A DNA stretch of 64,000 nt, taken from Auanema rhodensis (taxonomy: Eukaryota; Animalia; Nematoda). The stretch's first letter is position 1. Every line of letters starts with the position of its first letter. Positions 25,101-40,332 of this stretch are shown one piece after another. Made by a program: the position numbers and the translations under genes. Below the pieces are notes generated by a model. The model saw nothing but the letters and a program-made list of their open reading frames with translations, was not told the origin of the DNA and searched no databases. The stretch covers positions 4,588,001 through 4,652,000 of the forward strand of contig OZ059896.1 of assembly GCA_964057225.1 (NCBI GenBank), given 5' to 3'.

Positions 25101-28100
25101 TTTCAAACGATCATAACTAATTTTTGTGATGAGCGTTTCTCCATGTAGTATAATGCATTCGATGCGGATTTTTAAGCTGCGTCGATCTGTGTTATCAGAT
25201 TTGCGCTAGCTTAAAAATGCACCGAGATATCAACTGATATAAGTTCACACTTATATCCTCGATTTTCACCCTGAAGAATTAATTTTTTCGTTGAATAACA
25301 TTGTCCATCGTTTTTGCCTTGAAAGAAGGAATCTAAAAACATCTACTTTTTGCTAAATTATTTTGAAATTTTTCGAAAAAATTTTTGTCAAAATGTTTTT
25401 GGAAGCAATTTTGAGTGTACATGGAAACTCAACATACACTAATGCATCATTTTTCAAACAATCATAACTAATTTTTGTATTAAGCTTTCCTCAATGTAAT
25501 ATAGTGCATTCGATGCGGTTTTTTAAGCTGCGTCGATCTGTGTTATCAGATTTGCGCTAGCTTAAAAATGCACCGAGATATCAACTGATATAAGTTCACA
25601 CTTATATCCTCGATTTTCACCCTGAAGAATTAATTTTTTCGTTGAATAACATTGTCCATCGTTTTTGCCTTAAAAAAAGGAATCTGAAAACATCTACTTT
25701 TTGCTAAATTATTTTGAAATTTTTCGAAAAAATTTTTGTCAAAATGTTTTTGGAAGCAATTTTGAGTGTACATGGAAACTCAACATACACTAATGCATCA
25801 TTTTTCAAACGATCATAACTAATTTTTGTATTAAGCTTTCCTCAATGTAATATAGTGCATTCGATGCGGATTTTTAAGCTGCGTCGATCTGTGTTATCAG
25901 ATTTGCGCTAGCTTAGAAATGCACCTAGATATCATCTGATATAAGTTCACACTTGTATCCTCGATTTTCACCCTGAAGAATTAATTTTTTCGTTGAATAA
26001 CATTGTCCATCGTTTTTGCCTTGAAAAAAGGAATCTAAAAACATCTACTTTTTGCTAAATTATTTTGAAATTTTTCGAAAAAATTTTTGTCAAAATGTTT
26101 TTGGAAGCAATGTTGAGTGTACATGGAAACTCAACATACACTAATGCATCATTTTTCAAACGATCATAACTAATTTTTGTATTAAGCTTTTCTTAATGTA
26201 GTATAGTGCTTTCGATGCGGACTTTTAAGCTGCGTCGATCTATGTTATCAGATTTGCGCTAGCTTAAAAATGCACCGAGATATCAACTGATATAAGTTCA
26301 CACTTGTATCCTCGATTTTCACCCTGAAGAATTAATTTTTTCGTTGAATAACATTGTCCATCGTTTTTGCCTTGAAAAAAGGAATCTAAAAACATCTACT
26401 TTTTGCTAAATTATTTTGAAATTTTTCGAAAAAATTTTTGTCAAAATGTTTTTGGAAGCAATTTTGAGTGTACATGGAAACTCAACATACACTAATGCAT
26501 CATTTTTCAAACGATCATAACTAATTTTTGTGATGAGCGTTTCTCCATGTAGTATGGTGCATTCGATGCGGACTTTTAAGCTGCGTCGATCTATGTTATC
26601 AGATTTGCGCTAGCTTAAAAATGCACCGAGATATCAACTGATATAAGTTCACACTTATATCCTCGATTTTCACCCTGAAGAATTAATTTTTTCGTTGAAT
26701 AACATTGTCCATCGTTTTTGCCTCAAAAAAAGGAATCTAAAAACATCTACTTTTTGCGAAATTATTTTGAAATTTTTCGAAAAAATTTTGTCAAAATGTT
26801 TTTGGAAGCAATGTTGAGTGTACATGGAAACTCAACATACACTAATGCATCATTTTTCAAACGATCATAACTAATTTTTGTGATGAGCGTTTCTCCATGT
26901 AGTATAATGCATTCGATGCGGATTTTCAAGCTGCGTCGATCTGTGTTATCAGATTTGCGCTAGCTTAAAAATGCACCGAGATATCAACTGATATAAGTTC
27001 ACACTTATATCCTCGATTTTCACCCTGAAGAATTAATTTTTTCGTTGAATAACATTGTCCATCGTTTTTGCCTTGAAAAAAGGAATCTAAAAACATCTAC
27101 TTTTTGCTAAATTATTTTGAAATTTTTCGAAAAAATTTTTGTCAAAATGTTTTTGGAAGCAATTTTGAGTGTACATGGAAACTCAACATACACTAATGCA
27201 TCATTTTTCAAACGATCATAACTAATTTTTGTATTAAGCTTTGCTTAATGTAGTATAGTGCATTCGATGCGGACTTTTAAGCTGCGTCGATCTGTGTTAT
27301 CAGATTTGCGCTAGCTTAAAAATGCACCGAGATATCAACTGATATAAGTTCACACTTATATCCTCGATTTTCACCCTGAAGAATTAATTTTTTCGTTGAA
27401 TAACATTGTCCATCGTTTTTGCCTCAAAAAAAGGAATCTAAAAACATCTACTTTTTGCTAAATTATTTTGAAATTTTTCGAAAAAATTTTTGTCAAAATG
27501 TTTTTGGAAGCAATGTTGAGTGTACATGGAAACTCAACATACACTAATGCATCATTTTTCAAACGATCATAACTAATTTTTGTGATGAGCGTTTCTCCAT
27601 GTAGTATAATGCATTCGATGCGGATTTTTAAGCTGCGTCGATCTGTGTTATCAGATTTGCGCTAGCTTAAAAATGCACCGAGATATCAACTGATATAAGT
27701 TCACACTTATATCCTCGATTTTCACCCTGAAGAATTAATTTTTTCGTTGAATAACATTGCCCATCGTTTTTGCCTTGAAAGAAGGAATCTAAAAACATCT
27801 ACTTTTTGCTAAATTATTTTGAAATTTTTCGAAAAAATTTTTGTCAAAATGTTTTTGGAAGCAATTTTGAGTGTACATGGAAACTCAACATACACTAATG
27901 CATCATTTTTCAAACGATCATAACTAATTTTTGTATTAAGCTTTTCTCAATGTAGTATAGTGCATTCGATGCGAACTTTTAAGCTGCGTCGATCTGTGTT
28001 ATCAGATTTGCGCTAGCTTAAAAATGCACCGAGATATCAACTGATATAAGTTCACACTTATATCCTCGATTTTCACCCTGAAGAATTAATTTTTTCGTTG

Positions 28101-29814
28101 AATAACATTGTCCATCGTTTTTGCCTTGAAAGAAGGAATCTAAAAACATCTACTTTTTGCTAAATTATTTTGAAATTTTTCGAAAAAATTTTTGTCAAAA
28201 TGTTTTTGGAAGCAATTTTGAGTGTACATGGAAACTCAACATACACTAATGCATCATTTTTCAAACAATCATAACTAATTTTTGTATTAAGCTTTCCTCA
28301 ATGTAATATAGTGCATTCGATGCGGATTTTTAAGCTGCGTCGATCTGTGTTATCAGATTTGCGCTAGCTTAAAAATGCACCGAGATATCAACTGATATAA
28401 GTTCACACTTATATCCTCGATTTTCACCCTGAAGAATTAATTTTTTCGTTGAATAACATTGTCCATCGTTTTTGCCTTGAAAAAAGGAATCTAAAAACAT
28501 CTACTTTTTGCTAAATTATTTTGAAATTTTTCGAAAAAATTTTTGTCAAAATGTTTTTGGAAGCAATTTTGAGTGTACATGGAAACTCAACATACACTAA
28601 TGCATCATTTTTCAAACGATCATAACTAATTTTTGTATTGATCGTTTCTTAATGTATTATAGTGCATTCGATGCGGATTTTTAAGCTGCTTCGATCTGTG
28701 TTATCAGATTTGCGCTAGCTTAAAAATGCACCGAGATATCAACTGATATAAGTTCACACTTATATCCTCGATTTTCACCCTGAAGAATTAATTTTTTCGT
28801 TGAATAACATTGTCCATCGTTTTTGCCTCGAAAAAAGGAATCTAAAAATATCTACTTTTTGCTAAATTATTTTGAAATTTTTCGAAAAAATTTTTGTCAA
28901 AATGTTTTTGGAAGCAATTTTGAGTGTACATGGAAACTCAACATACACTAATGCATCATTTTTCAAACGATCATAACTAATTTTTGTATTAAGCTTTTCT
29001 TAATGTAGTATAGTGCATTCGATGCGGACTTTTAAGCTGCGTCGATCTATGTTATCAGATTTGCGCTAGCTTAAAAATGCACCGAGATATTAACTGATAT
29101 AAGTTCACACTTATATCCTCGATTTTCACCCTGAAGAATTAATTTTTTCGTTGAATAACATTGTCCATCGTTTTTGCCTCAAAAAAAGGAATCTAAAAAC
29201 ATCTACTTTTTGCGAAATTATTCTGAAATTTTTCGAAAAAATTTTGTCAAAATGTTTTTGGAAGCAATGTTGAGTGTACATGGAAACTCAACATACACTA
29301 ATGCATCATTTTTCAAACGATCATAACTAATTTTTGTGATGAGCGTTTCTCCATGTAGTATAATGCATTCGATGCGGATTTTTAAGCTGCGTCGATCTGT
29401 GTTATCAGATTTGCGCTAGCTTAAAAATGCACCGAGATATCAACTGATATAAGTTCACTCTTATATCCTCGATTTTCACCCTGAAGAATTAATTTTTTCG
29501 TTGAATAACATTGTCCATCGTTTTTGCCTTGAAAGAAGGAATCTAAAAACATCTACTTTTTGCTAAATTATTTTGAAATTTTTCGAAAAAATTTTTGTCA
29601 AAATGTTTTTGGAAGCAATGTTGAGTGTACATGGAAACTCAACATACACTAATGCATCATTTTTCAAACGATCATAACTAATTTTTGTGATGAGCGTTTC
29701 TCCATGTAGTATAATGCATTCGATGCGGATTTTTAAGCTGCGTCGATCTATGTTATCAGATTTGCGCTAGCTTAAAAATGCACCGAGATATCAACTGATA
29801 TAAGTTCACACTTA

Positions 29815-32800
29815 TATCCTCGATTTTCACCCTGAAGAATTAATTTTTTCGTTGAATAACATTGTCCATCGTTTTCGCCTCAAAAAAAGGAATCTAAAAA
29901 CATCTACTTTTTGCGAAATTATTTTGAAATTTTTCGAAAAAATTTTGTCAAAATGTTTTTGGAAGCAATGTTGAGTGTACATGGAAACTCAACATACACT
30001 AATGCATCATTTTTCAAACGATCATAACTAATTTTTGTGATGAGCGTTTCTCCATGTAGTATAATGCATTCGATGCGGATTTTTAAGCTGCGTCGATCTA
30101 TGTTATCAGATTTGCGCTAGCTTAAAAATGCACCGAGATATCAACTGATATAAGTTCACACTTATATCCTCGATTTTCACCCTGAAGAATTAATTTTTTC
30201 GTTGAATAACATTGTCCATCGTTTTTGCCTTGAAAGAAGGAATCTAAAAACATCTACTTTTTGCGAAATTATTTTGAAATTTTTCGAAAAAATTTTGTCA
30301 AAATGTTTTTGGAAGCAATTTTGAGTGTACATGGAAACTCAACATACACTAATGCATCATTTTTCAAACAATCATAACTAATTTTTGTATTAAGCTTTCC
30401 TCAATGTAATATAGTGCATTCGATGCGGATTTTTAAGCTGCGTCGATCTGTGTTATCAGATTTGCGCTAGCTTAAAAATGCACCGAGATATCAACTGATA
30501 TAAGTTCACACTTATATCCTCGATTTTCTCCCTGAAGAATTAATTTTTTCGTTGAATAACATTGTCCATCGTTTTTGCCTTGAAAGAAGGAATCTAAAAA
30601 CATCTACTTTTTGCTAAATTATTTTGAAATTTTTCGAAAAAATTTTTGTCAAAATGTTTTTGGAAGCAATTTTGAGTGTACATGGAAACTCAACATACAC
30701 TAATGCATCATTTTTCAAACGATCATAACTAATTTTTGTATTAAGCTTTTCTTAATGTAGTATAGTGCATTCGATGCGGACTTTTAAGCTGCGTCGATCT
30801 GTGTTATCAGATTTGCGCTAGCTTAAAAATGCACCGAGATATTAACTGATATAAGTTCACACTTATATCCTCGATTTTCACCCTGAAGAATCAATTTTTT
30901 CGTTGAATAACATTGTCCATCGTTTTCGCCTCAAAAAAAGGAATCTAAAAACATCTACTTTTTGCGAAATTATTTTGAAATTTTTCGAAAAAATTTTGTC
31001 AAAATGTTTTTGGAAGCAATGTTGAGTGTACATGGAAACTCAACATACACTAATGCATCATTTTTCAAACGATCATAACTAATTTTTGTGATGAGCGTTT
31101 CTCCATGTAGTATAATGCATTCGATGCGGATTTTTAAGCTGCGTCGATCTGTGTTATCAGATTTGCGCTAGCTTAAAAATGCACCGAGATATCAACTGAT
31201 ATAAGTTCACACTTATATCCTCGATTTTCACCCTGAAGAATTAATTTTTTCGTTGAATAACATTGTCCATCGTTTTTGCCTTGAAAGAAGGAATCTAAAA
31301 ACATCTACTTTTTGCTAAATTATTTTGAAATTTTTCGAAAAAATTTTTGTCAAAATGTTTTTGGAAGCAATTTTGAGTGTACATGGAAACTCAACATACA
31401 CTAATGCATCATTTTTCAAACGATCATAACTAATTTTTGTATTAAGCTTTCCTCAATGTAATATAGTGCATTCGATGCGGATTTTTAAGCTGCGTCGATC
31501 TGTGTTATCAGATTTGCGCTAGCTTAAAAATGCACCGAGATATCATCTGATATAAGTTCACACTTATATCCTCGATTTTCACCCTGAAGAATTAATTTTT
31601 TCGTTGAATAACATTGTCCATCGTTTTTGCCTTGAAAAAAGGAATCTAAAAACATCTACTTTTTGCTAAATTATTTTGAAATTTTTCGAAAAAATTTTTG
31701 TCAAAATGTTTTTGGAAGCAATGTTGAGTGTACATGGAAACTCAACATACACTAATGCATCATTTTTCAAACGATCATAACTAATTTTTGTATTAAGCTT
31801 TTCTCAATGTAATATAGTGCATTCGATGCGGTTTTTTAAGCTGCGTCGATCTGTGTTATCAGATTTGCGCTAGCTTAAAAATGCACCGAGATATCAACTG
31901 ATATAAGTTCACTCTTATATCCTCGATTTTCACCCTGAAGAATTAATTTTTTCGTTGAATAACATTGTCCATCGTTTTTGCCTTGAAAGAAGGAATCTAA
32001 AAACATCTACTTTTTGCTAAATTATTTTGAAATTTTTCGAAAAAATTTTTGTCAAAATGTTTTTGGAAGCAATGTTGAGTGTACATGGAAACTCAACATA
32101 CACTAATGCATCATTTTTCAAACGATCATAACTAATTTTTGTATTAAGCTTTTCTCAATGTAATATAGTGCATTCGATGCGGTTTTTTAAGCTGCGTGGA
32201 TCTGTGTTATCAGATTTGCGCTAGCTTAAAAATGCACCGAGATATTAACTGATATAAGTTCACACTTATATCCTCGATTTTCACCCTGAAGAATTAATTT
32301 TTTCGTTGAATAACATTGTCCATCGTTTTTGCCTCAAAAAAAGGAATCTAAAAACATCTACTTTTTGCGAAATTATTTTGAAATTTTTCGAAAAAATTTT
32401 GTCAAAATGTTTTTGGAAGCAATGTTGAGTGTACATGGAAACTCAACATACACTAATGCATCATTTTTCAAACGATCATAACTAATTTTTGTGATGAGCG
32501 TTTCTCCATGTAGTATAATGCATTCGATGCGGATTTTTAAGCTGCGTCGATCTATGTTATCAGATTTGCGCTAGCTTAAAAATGCACCGAGATATCAACT
32601 GATATAAGTTCACACTTATATCCTCGATTTTCACCCTGAAGAATTAATTTTTTCGTTGAATAACATTGTCCATCGTTTTCGCCTCAAAAAAAGGAATCTA
32701 AAAACATCTACTTTTTGCGAAATTATTTTGAAATTTTTCGAAAAAATTTTGTCAAAATGTTTTTGGAAGCAATGTTGAGTGTACATAGAAACTCAACATA

Positions 32801-34300
32801 CACTAATGCATCATTTTTCAAACGATCATAACTAATTTTTGTGATGAGCGTTTCTCCATGTAGTATAATGCATTCGATGCGGATTTTTAAGCTGCGTCGA
32901 TCTATGTTATCAGATTTGCGCTAGCTTACAAATGCACCGAGATATCAACTGATATAAGTTCACACTTATATCCTCGATTTTCACCCTGAAGAATTAATTT
33001 TTTCGTTGAATAACATTGTCCATCGTTTTTGCCTTGAAAGAAGGAATCTAAAAACATCTACTTTTTGCGAAATTATTTTGAAATTTTTCGAAAAAATTTT
33101 GTCAAAATGTTTTTGGAAGCAATTTTGAGTGTACATGGAAACTCAACATACACTAATGCATCATTTTTCAAACAATCATAACTAATTTTTGTATTAAGCT
33201 TTCCTCAATGTAATATAGTGCATTCGATGCGGATTTTTAAGCTGCGTCGATCTGTGTTATCAGATTTGCGCTAGCTTAAAAATGCACCGAGATATCAACT
33301 GATATAAGTTCACACTTATATCCTCGATTTTCTCCCTGAAGAATTAATTTTTTCGTTGAATAACATTGTCCATCGTTTTTGCCTTGAAAGAAGGAATCTA
33401 AAAACGTCTACTTTTTGCTAAATTATTTTGAAATTTTTCGAAAAAATTTTTGTCAAAATGTTTTTGGAAGCAATTTTGAGTGTACATGGAAACTCAACAT
33501 ACACTAATGCATCATTTTTCAAACGATCATAACTAATTTTTGTATTAAGCTTTTCTTAATGTAGTATAGTGCATTCGATGCGGACTTTTAAGCTGCGTCG
33601 ATCTGTGTTATCAGATTTGCGCTATCTTAAAAATGCACCGAGATATTAACTGATATAAGTTCACACTTATATCCTCGATTTTCACCCTGAAGAATCAATT
33701 TTTTCGTTGAATAACATTGTCCATCGTTTTTGCCTCAAAAAAAGGAATCTAAAAACATCTACTTTTTGCGAAATTATTTTGAAATTTTTCGAAAAAATTT
33801 TGTCAAAATGTTTTTGGAAGCAATGTTGAGTGTACATGGAAACTCAACATACACTAATGCATCATTTTTCAAACGATCATAACTAATTTTTGTGATGAGC
33901 GTTTCTCCATGTAGTATAATGCATTCGATGCGGATTTTTAAGCTGCGTCGATCTGTGTTATCAGATTTGCGCTAGCTTAAAAATGCACCGAGATATCAAC
34001 TGATATAAGTTCACACTTATATCCTCGATTTTCACCCTGAAGAATTAATTTTTTCGTTGAATAACATTGTCCATCGTTTTTGCCTTGAAAGAAGGAATCT
34101 AAAAACATCTACTTTTTGCTAAATTATTTTGAAATTTTTCGAAAAAATTTTTGTCAAAATGTTTTTGGAAGCAATTTTGAGTGTACATGGAAACTCAACA
34201 TACACTAATGCATCATTTTTCAAACGATCATAACTAATTTTTGTATTAAGCTTTCCTCAATGTAATATAGTGCATTCGATGCGGTTTTTTAAGCTGCGTC
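29815..34300 (+). repeat. 8-monomer-offset duplication (2804 bp; ends approximate)
   Basis: The rare GAATCAATT variant is at 30891 and 33695, and TTCTCCC at 30527 and 33331. Both offsets are 2804. Confidence 0.75.
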
Positions 34301-36824
34301 GATCTGTGTTATCAGATTTGCGCTAGCTTAAAAATGCACCGAGATATCAACTGATATAAGTTCACACTTATATCCTCGATTTTCACCCTGAAGAATTAAT
34401 TTTTTCGTTGAATAACATTGTCCATCGTTTTTGCCTTGAAAGAAGGAATCTAAAAACATCTACTTTTTGCTAAATTATTTTGAAATTTTTCGAAAAAATT
34501 TTTGTCAAAATGTTTTTGGAAGCAATTTTGAGTGTACATGGAAACTCAACATACACTAATGCATCATTTTTCAAACGATCATAACTAATTTTTGTATTAA
34601 GCTTTCCTCAATGTAATATAGTGCATTCGATGCGGTTTTTTAAGCTGCGTCGATCTGTGTTATCAGATTTGCGCTAGCTTAAAAATGCACCGAGATATCA
34701 TCTGATATAAGTTCACACTTATATCCTCGATTTTCACCCTGAAGAATTAATTTTTTCGTTGAATAACATTGTCCATCGTTTTCGCCTCAAAAAAAGGAAT
34801 CTAAAAACATCTACTTTTTGCGAAATTATTTTGAAATTTTTCGAAAAAATTTTGTCAAAATGTTTTTGGAAGCAATGTTGAGTGTACATGGAAACTCAAC
34901 ATACACTAATGCATCATTTTTCAAACGATCATAACTAATTTTTGTGATGAGCGTTTCTCCATGTAGTATAATGCATTCGATGCGGATTTTTAAGCTGCGT
35001 CGATCTGTGTTATCAGATTTGCGCTAGCTTAAAAATGCACCGAGATATCAACTGATATAAGTTCACACTTATATCCTCGATTTTCACCCTGAAGAATTAA
35101 TTTTTTCGTTGAATAACATTGTCCATCGTTTTTGCCTTGAAAGAAGGAATCTAAAAACATCTACTTTTTGCTAAATTATTTTGAAATTTTTCGAAAAAAT
35201 TTTTGTCAAAATGTTTTTGGAAGCAATTTTGAGTGTACATGGAAACTCAACATACACTAATGCATCATTTTTCAAACGATCATAACTAATTTTTGTATTA
35301 AGCTTTCCTCAATGTAATATAGTGCATTCGATGCGGATTTTTAAGCTGCGTCGATCTGTGTTATCAGATTTGCGCTAGCTTGAAAATGCACCGAGATATC
35401 ATCTGATATAAGTTCACACTTATATCCTCGATTTTCACCCTGAAGAATTAATTTTTTCGTTGAATAACATTGTCCATCGTTTTTGCCTTGAAAAAAGGAA
35501 TCTAAAAACATCTACTTTTTGCTAAATTATTTTGAAATTTTTCGAAAAAATTTTTGTCAAAATGTTTTTGGAAGCAATGTTGAGTGTACATGGAAACTCA
35601 ACATACACTAATGCATCATTTTTCAAACGATCATAACTAATTTTTGTATTAAGCTTTTCTCAATGTAATATAGTGCATTCGATGCGGTTTTTTAAGCTGC
35701 GTCGATCTGTGTTATCAGATTTGCGCTAGCTTAAAAATGCACCGAGATATTAACTGATATAAGTTCACACTTATATCCTCGATTTTCACCCTGAAGAATT
35801 AATTTTTTCGTTGAATAACATTGTCCATCGTTTTTGCCTCAAAAAAAGGAATCTAAAAACATCTACTTTTTGCGAAATTATTTTGAAATTTTTCGAAAAA
35901 ATTTTGTCAAAATGTTTTTGGAAGCAATGTTGAGTGTACATGGAAACTCAACATACACTAATGCATCATTTTTCAAACGATCATAACTAATTTTTGTGAT
36001 GAGCGTTTCTCCATGTAGTATAATGCATTCGATGCGGATTTTTAAGCTGCGTCGATCTGTGTTATCAGATTTGCGCTAGCTTAAAAATGCACCGAGATAT
36101 CAACTGATATAAGTTCACACTTATATCCTCGATTTTCACCCTGAAGAATTAATTTTTTCGTTGAATAACATTGTCCATCGTTTTTGCCTCAAAAAAAGGA
36201 ATCTAAAAACATCTACTTTTTGCGAAATTATTTTGAAATTTTTCGAAAAAATTTTGTCAAAATGTTTTTGGAAGCAATGTTGAGTGTACATGGAAACTCA
36301 ACATACACTAATGCATCATTTTTCAAACGATCATAACTAATTTTTGTGATGAGCGTTTCTCCATGTAGTATAATGCATTCGATGCGGATTTTTAAGCTGC
36401 GTCGATCTATGTTATCAGATTTGCGCTAGCTTAAAAATGCACCGAGATATCAACTGATATAAGTTCACACTTATATCCTCGATTTTCACCCTGAAGAATT
36501 AATTTTTTCGTTGAATAACATTGTCCATCGTTTTTGCCTTGAAAGAAGGAATCTAAAAACATCTACTTTTTGCTAAATTATTTTGAAATTTTTCGAAAAA
36601 ATTTTTGTCAAAATGTTTTTGGAAGCAATGTTGAGTGTACATGGAAACTCAACATACACTAATGCATCATTTTTCAAACGATCATAACTAATTTTTGTAT
36701 TAAGCTTTCCTCAATGTAATATAGTGCATTCGATGCGGTTTTTTAAGCTGCGTCGATCTGTGTTATCAGATTTGCGCTAGCTTAAAAATGCACCGAGATA
36801 TCATCTGATATAAGTTCACACTTA

Positions 36825-39800
36825 TATCCTCGATTTTCACCCTGAAGAATTAATTTTTTCGTTGAATAACATTGTCCATCGTTTTCGCCTCAAAAAAAGG
36901 AATCTAAAAACATCTACTTTTTGCGAAATTATTTTGAAATTTTTCGAAAAAATTTTGTCAAAATGTTTTTGGAAGCAATGTTGAGTGTACATGGAAACTC
37001 AACATACACTAATGCATCATTTTTCAAACGATCATAACTAATTTTTGTGATGAGCGTTTCTCCATGTAGTATAATGCACTCGATGCGGATTTTTAAGCTG
37101 CGTCGATCTGTGTTATCAGATTTGCGCTAGCTTAAAAATGCACCGAGATATCAACTGATATAAGTTCACACTTATATCCTCGATTTTCACCCTGAAGAAT
37201 TAATTTTTTCGTTGAATAACATTGTCCATCGTTTTTGCCTTGAAAGAAGGAATCTAAAAACATCTACTTTTTGCTAAATTATTTTGAAATTTTTCGAAAA
37301 AATTTTTGTCAAAATGTTTTTGGAAGCAATTTTGAGTGTACATGGAAACTCAACATACACTAATGCATCATTTTTCAAACAATCATAACTAATTTTTGTA
37401 TTAAGCTTTCCTCAATGTAATATAGTGCATTCGATGCGGATTTTTAAGCTGCGTCGATCTGTGTTATCAGATTTGCGCTAGCTTAAAAATGCACCGAGAT
37501 ATCAACTGATATAAGTTCACACTTATATCCTCGATTTTCACCCTGAAGAATTAATTTTTTCGTTGAATAACATTGTCCATCGTTTTTGCCTTAAAAAAAG
37601 GAATCTAAAAACATCTACTTTTTGCTAAATTATTTTGAAATTTTTCGAAAAAATTTTTGTCAAAATGTTTTTGGAAGCAATTTTGAGTGTACATGGAAAC
37701 TCAACATACACTAATGCATCATTTTTCAAACGATCATAACTAATTTCTGTATTAAGCTTTCCTCAATGTAATATAGTGCATTCGATGCGGATTTTTAAGC
37801 TGCGTCGATCTGTGTTATCAGATTTGCGCTAGCTTAAAAATGCACCTAGATATCATCTGATATAAGTTCACACTTGTATCCTCGATTTTCACCCTGAAGA
37901 ATTAATTTTTTCGTTGAATAACATTGTCCATCGTTTTTGCCTTTAAAAAAGGAATCTAAAAACATCTACTTTTTGCTAAATTATTTTGAAATTTTTCGAA
38001 AAAATTTTTGTCAAAATGTTTTTGGAAGCAATGTTGAGTGTACATGGAAACTCAACATACACTAATGCATCATTTTTCAAACGATCATAACTAATTTTTG
38101 TATTAAGCTTTTCTTAATGTAGTATAGTGCTTTCGATGCGGACTTTTAAGCTGCGTCGATCTATGTTATCAGATTTGCGCTAGCTTAAAAATGCACCGAG
38201 ATATCAACTGATATAAGTTCACACTTATATCCTCGATTTTCACCCTGAAGAATTAATTTTTTCGTTGAATAACATTGTCCATCGTTTTTGCCTTGAAAGA
38301 AGGAATCTAAAAACATCTACTTTTTGCTAAATTATTTTGAAATTTTTCGAAAAAATTTTTGTCAAAATGTTTTTGGAAGCAATTTTGAGTGTACATGGAA
38401 ACTCAACATACACTAATGCATCATTTTTCAAACGATCATAACTAATTTTTGTATTAAGCTTTCCTCAATGTAATATAGTGCATTCGATGCGGTTTTTTAA
38501 GCTGCGTCGATCTGTGTTATCAGATTTGCGCTAGCTTAAAAATGCACCGAGATATCATCTGATATAAGTTCACACTTATATCCTCGATTTTCACCCTGAA
38601 GAATTAATTTTTTCGTTGAATAACATTGTCCATCGTTTTCGCCTCAAAAAAAGGAATCTAAAAACATCTACTTTTTGCGAAATTATTTTGAAATTTTTCG
38701 AAAAAATTTTGTCAAAATGTTTTTGGAAGCAATGTTGAGTGTACATGGAAACTCAACATACACTAATGCATCATTTTTCAAACGATCATAACTAATTTTT
38801 GTGATGAGCGTTTCTCCATGTAGTATAATGCACTCGATGCGGATTTTTAAGCTGCGTCGATCTGTGTTATCAGATTTGCGCTAGCTTAAAAATGCACCGA
38901 GATATCAACTGATATAAGTTCACACTTATATCCTCGATTTTCACCCTGAAGAATTAATTTTTTCGTTGAATAACATTGTCCATCGTTTTTGCCTTGAAAG
39001 AAGGAATCTAAAAACATCTACTTTTTGCTAAATTATTTTGAAATTTTTCGAAAAAATTTTTGTCAAAATGTTTTTGGAAGCAATTTTGAGTGTACATGGA
39101 AACTCAACATACACTAATGCATCATTTTTCAAACAATCATAACTAATTTTTGTATTAAGCTTTCCTCAATGTAATATAGTGCATTCGATGCGGATTTTTA
39201 AGCTGCGTCGATCTGTGTTATCAGATTTGCGCTAGCTTAAAAATGCACCGAGATATCAACTGATATAAGTTCACACTTATATCCTCGATTTTCACCCTGA
39301 AGAATTAATTTTTTCGTTGAATAACATTGTCCATCGTTTTTGCCTTAAAAAAAGGAATCTAAAAACATCTACTTTTTGCTAAATTATTTTGAAATTTTTC
39401 GAAAAAATTTTTGTCAAAATGTTTTTGGAAGCAATTTTGAGTGTACATGGAAACTCAACATACACTAATGCATCATTTTTCAAACGATCATAACTAATTT
39501 CTGTATTAAGCTTTCCTCAATGTAATATAGTGCATTCGATGCGGATTTTTAAGCTGCGTCGATCTGTGTTATCAGATTTGCGCTAGCTTAAAAATGCACC
39601 TAGATATCATCTGATATAAGTTCACACTTGTATCCTCGATTTTCACCCTGAAGAATTAATTTTTTCGTTGAATAACATTGTCCATCGTTTTTGCCTTTAA
39701 AAAAGGAATCTAAAAACATCTACTTTTTGCTAAATTATTTTGAAATTTTTCGAAAAAATTTTTGTCAAAATGTTTTTGGAAGCAATGTTGAGTGTACATG

Positions 39801-40332
39801 GAAACTCAACATACACTAATGCATCATTTTTCAAACGATCATAACTAATTTTTGTATTAAGCTTTTCTTAATGTAGTATAGTGCTTTCGATGCGGACTTT
39901 TAAGCTGCGTCGATCTATGTTATCAGATTTGCGCTAGCTTAAAAATGCACCGAGATATCAACTGATATAAGTTCACACTTATATCCTCGATTTTCACCCT
40001 GAAGAATTAATTTTTTCGTTGAATAACATTGTCCATCGTTTTTGCCTTGAAAGAAGGAATCTAAAAACATCTACTTTTTGCTAAATTATTTTGAAATTTT
40101 TCGAAAAAATTTTTGTCAAAATGTTTTTGGAAGCAATTTTGAGTGTACATGGAAACTCAACATACACTAATGCATCATTTTTCAAACGATCATAACTAAT
40201 TTTTGTATTAAGCTTTCCTCAATGTAATATAGTGCATTCGATGCGGTTTTTTAAGCTGCGTCGATCTGTGTTATCAGATTTGCGCTAGCTTAAAAATGCA
40301 CCGAGATATCATCTGATATAAGTTCACACTTA
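36825..40332 (+). repeat. 5-monomer higher-order duplication (2 x 1754 bp)
   Basis: GCACTCGATG at 37077/38831 and TAATTTCTGT at 37741/39495. TTTTCGCC monomers start at 36825, 38579 and 40333. All offsets are 1754. Confidence 0.88.
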
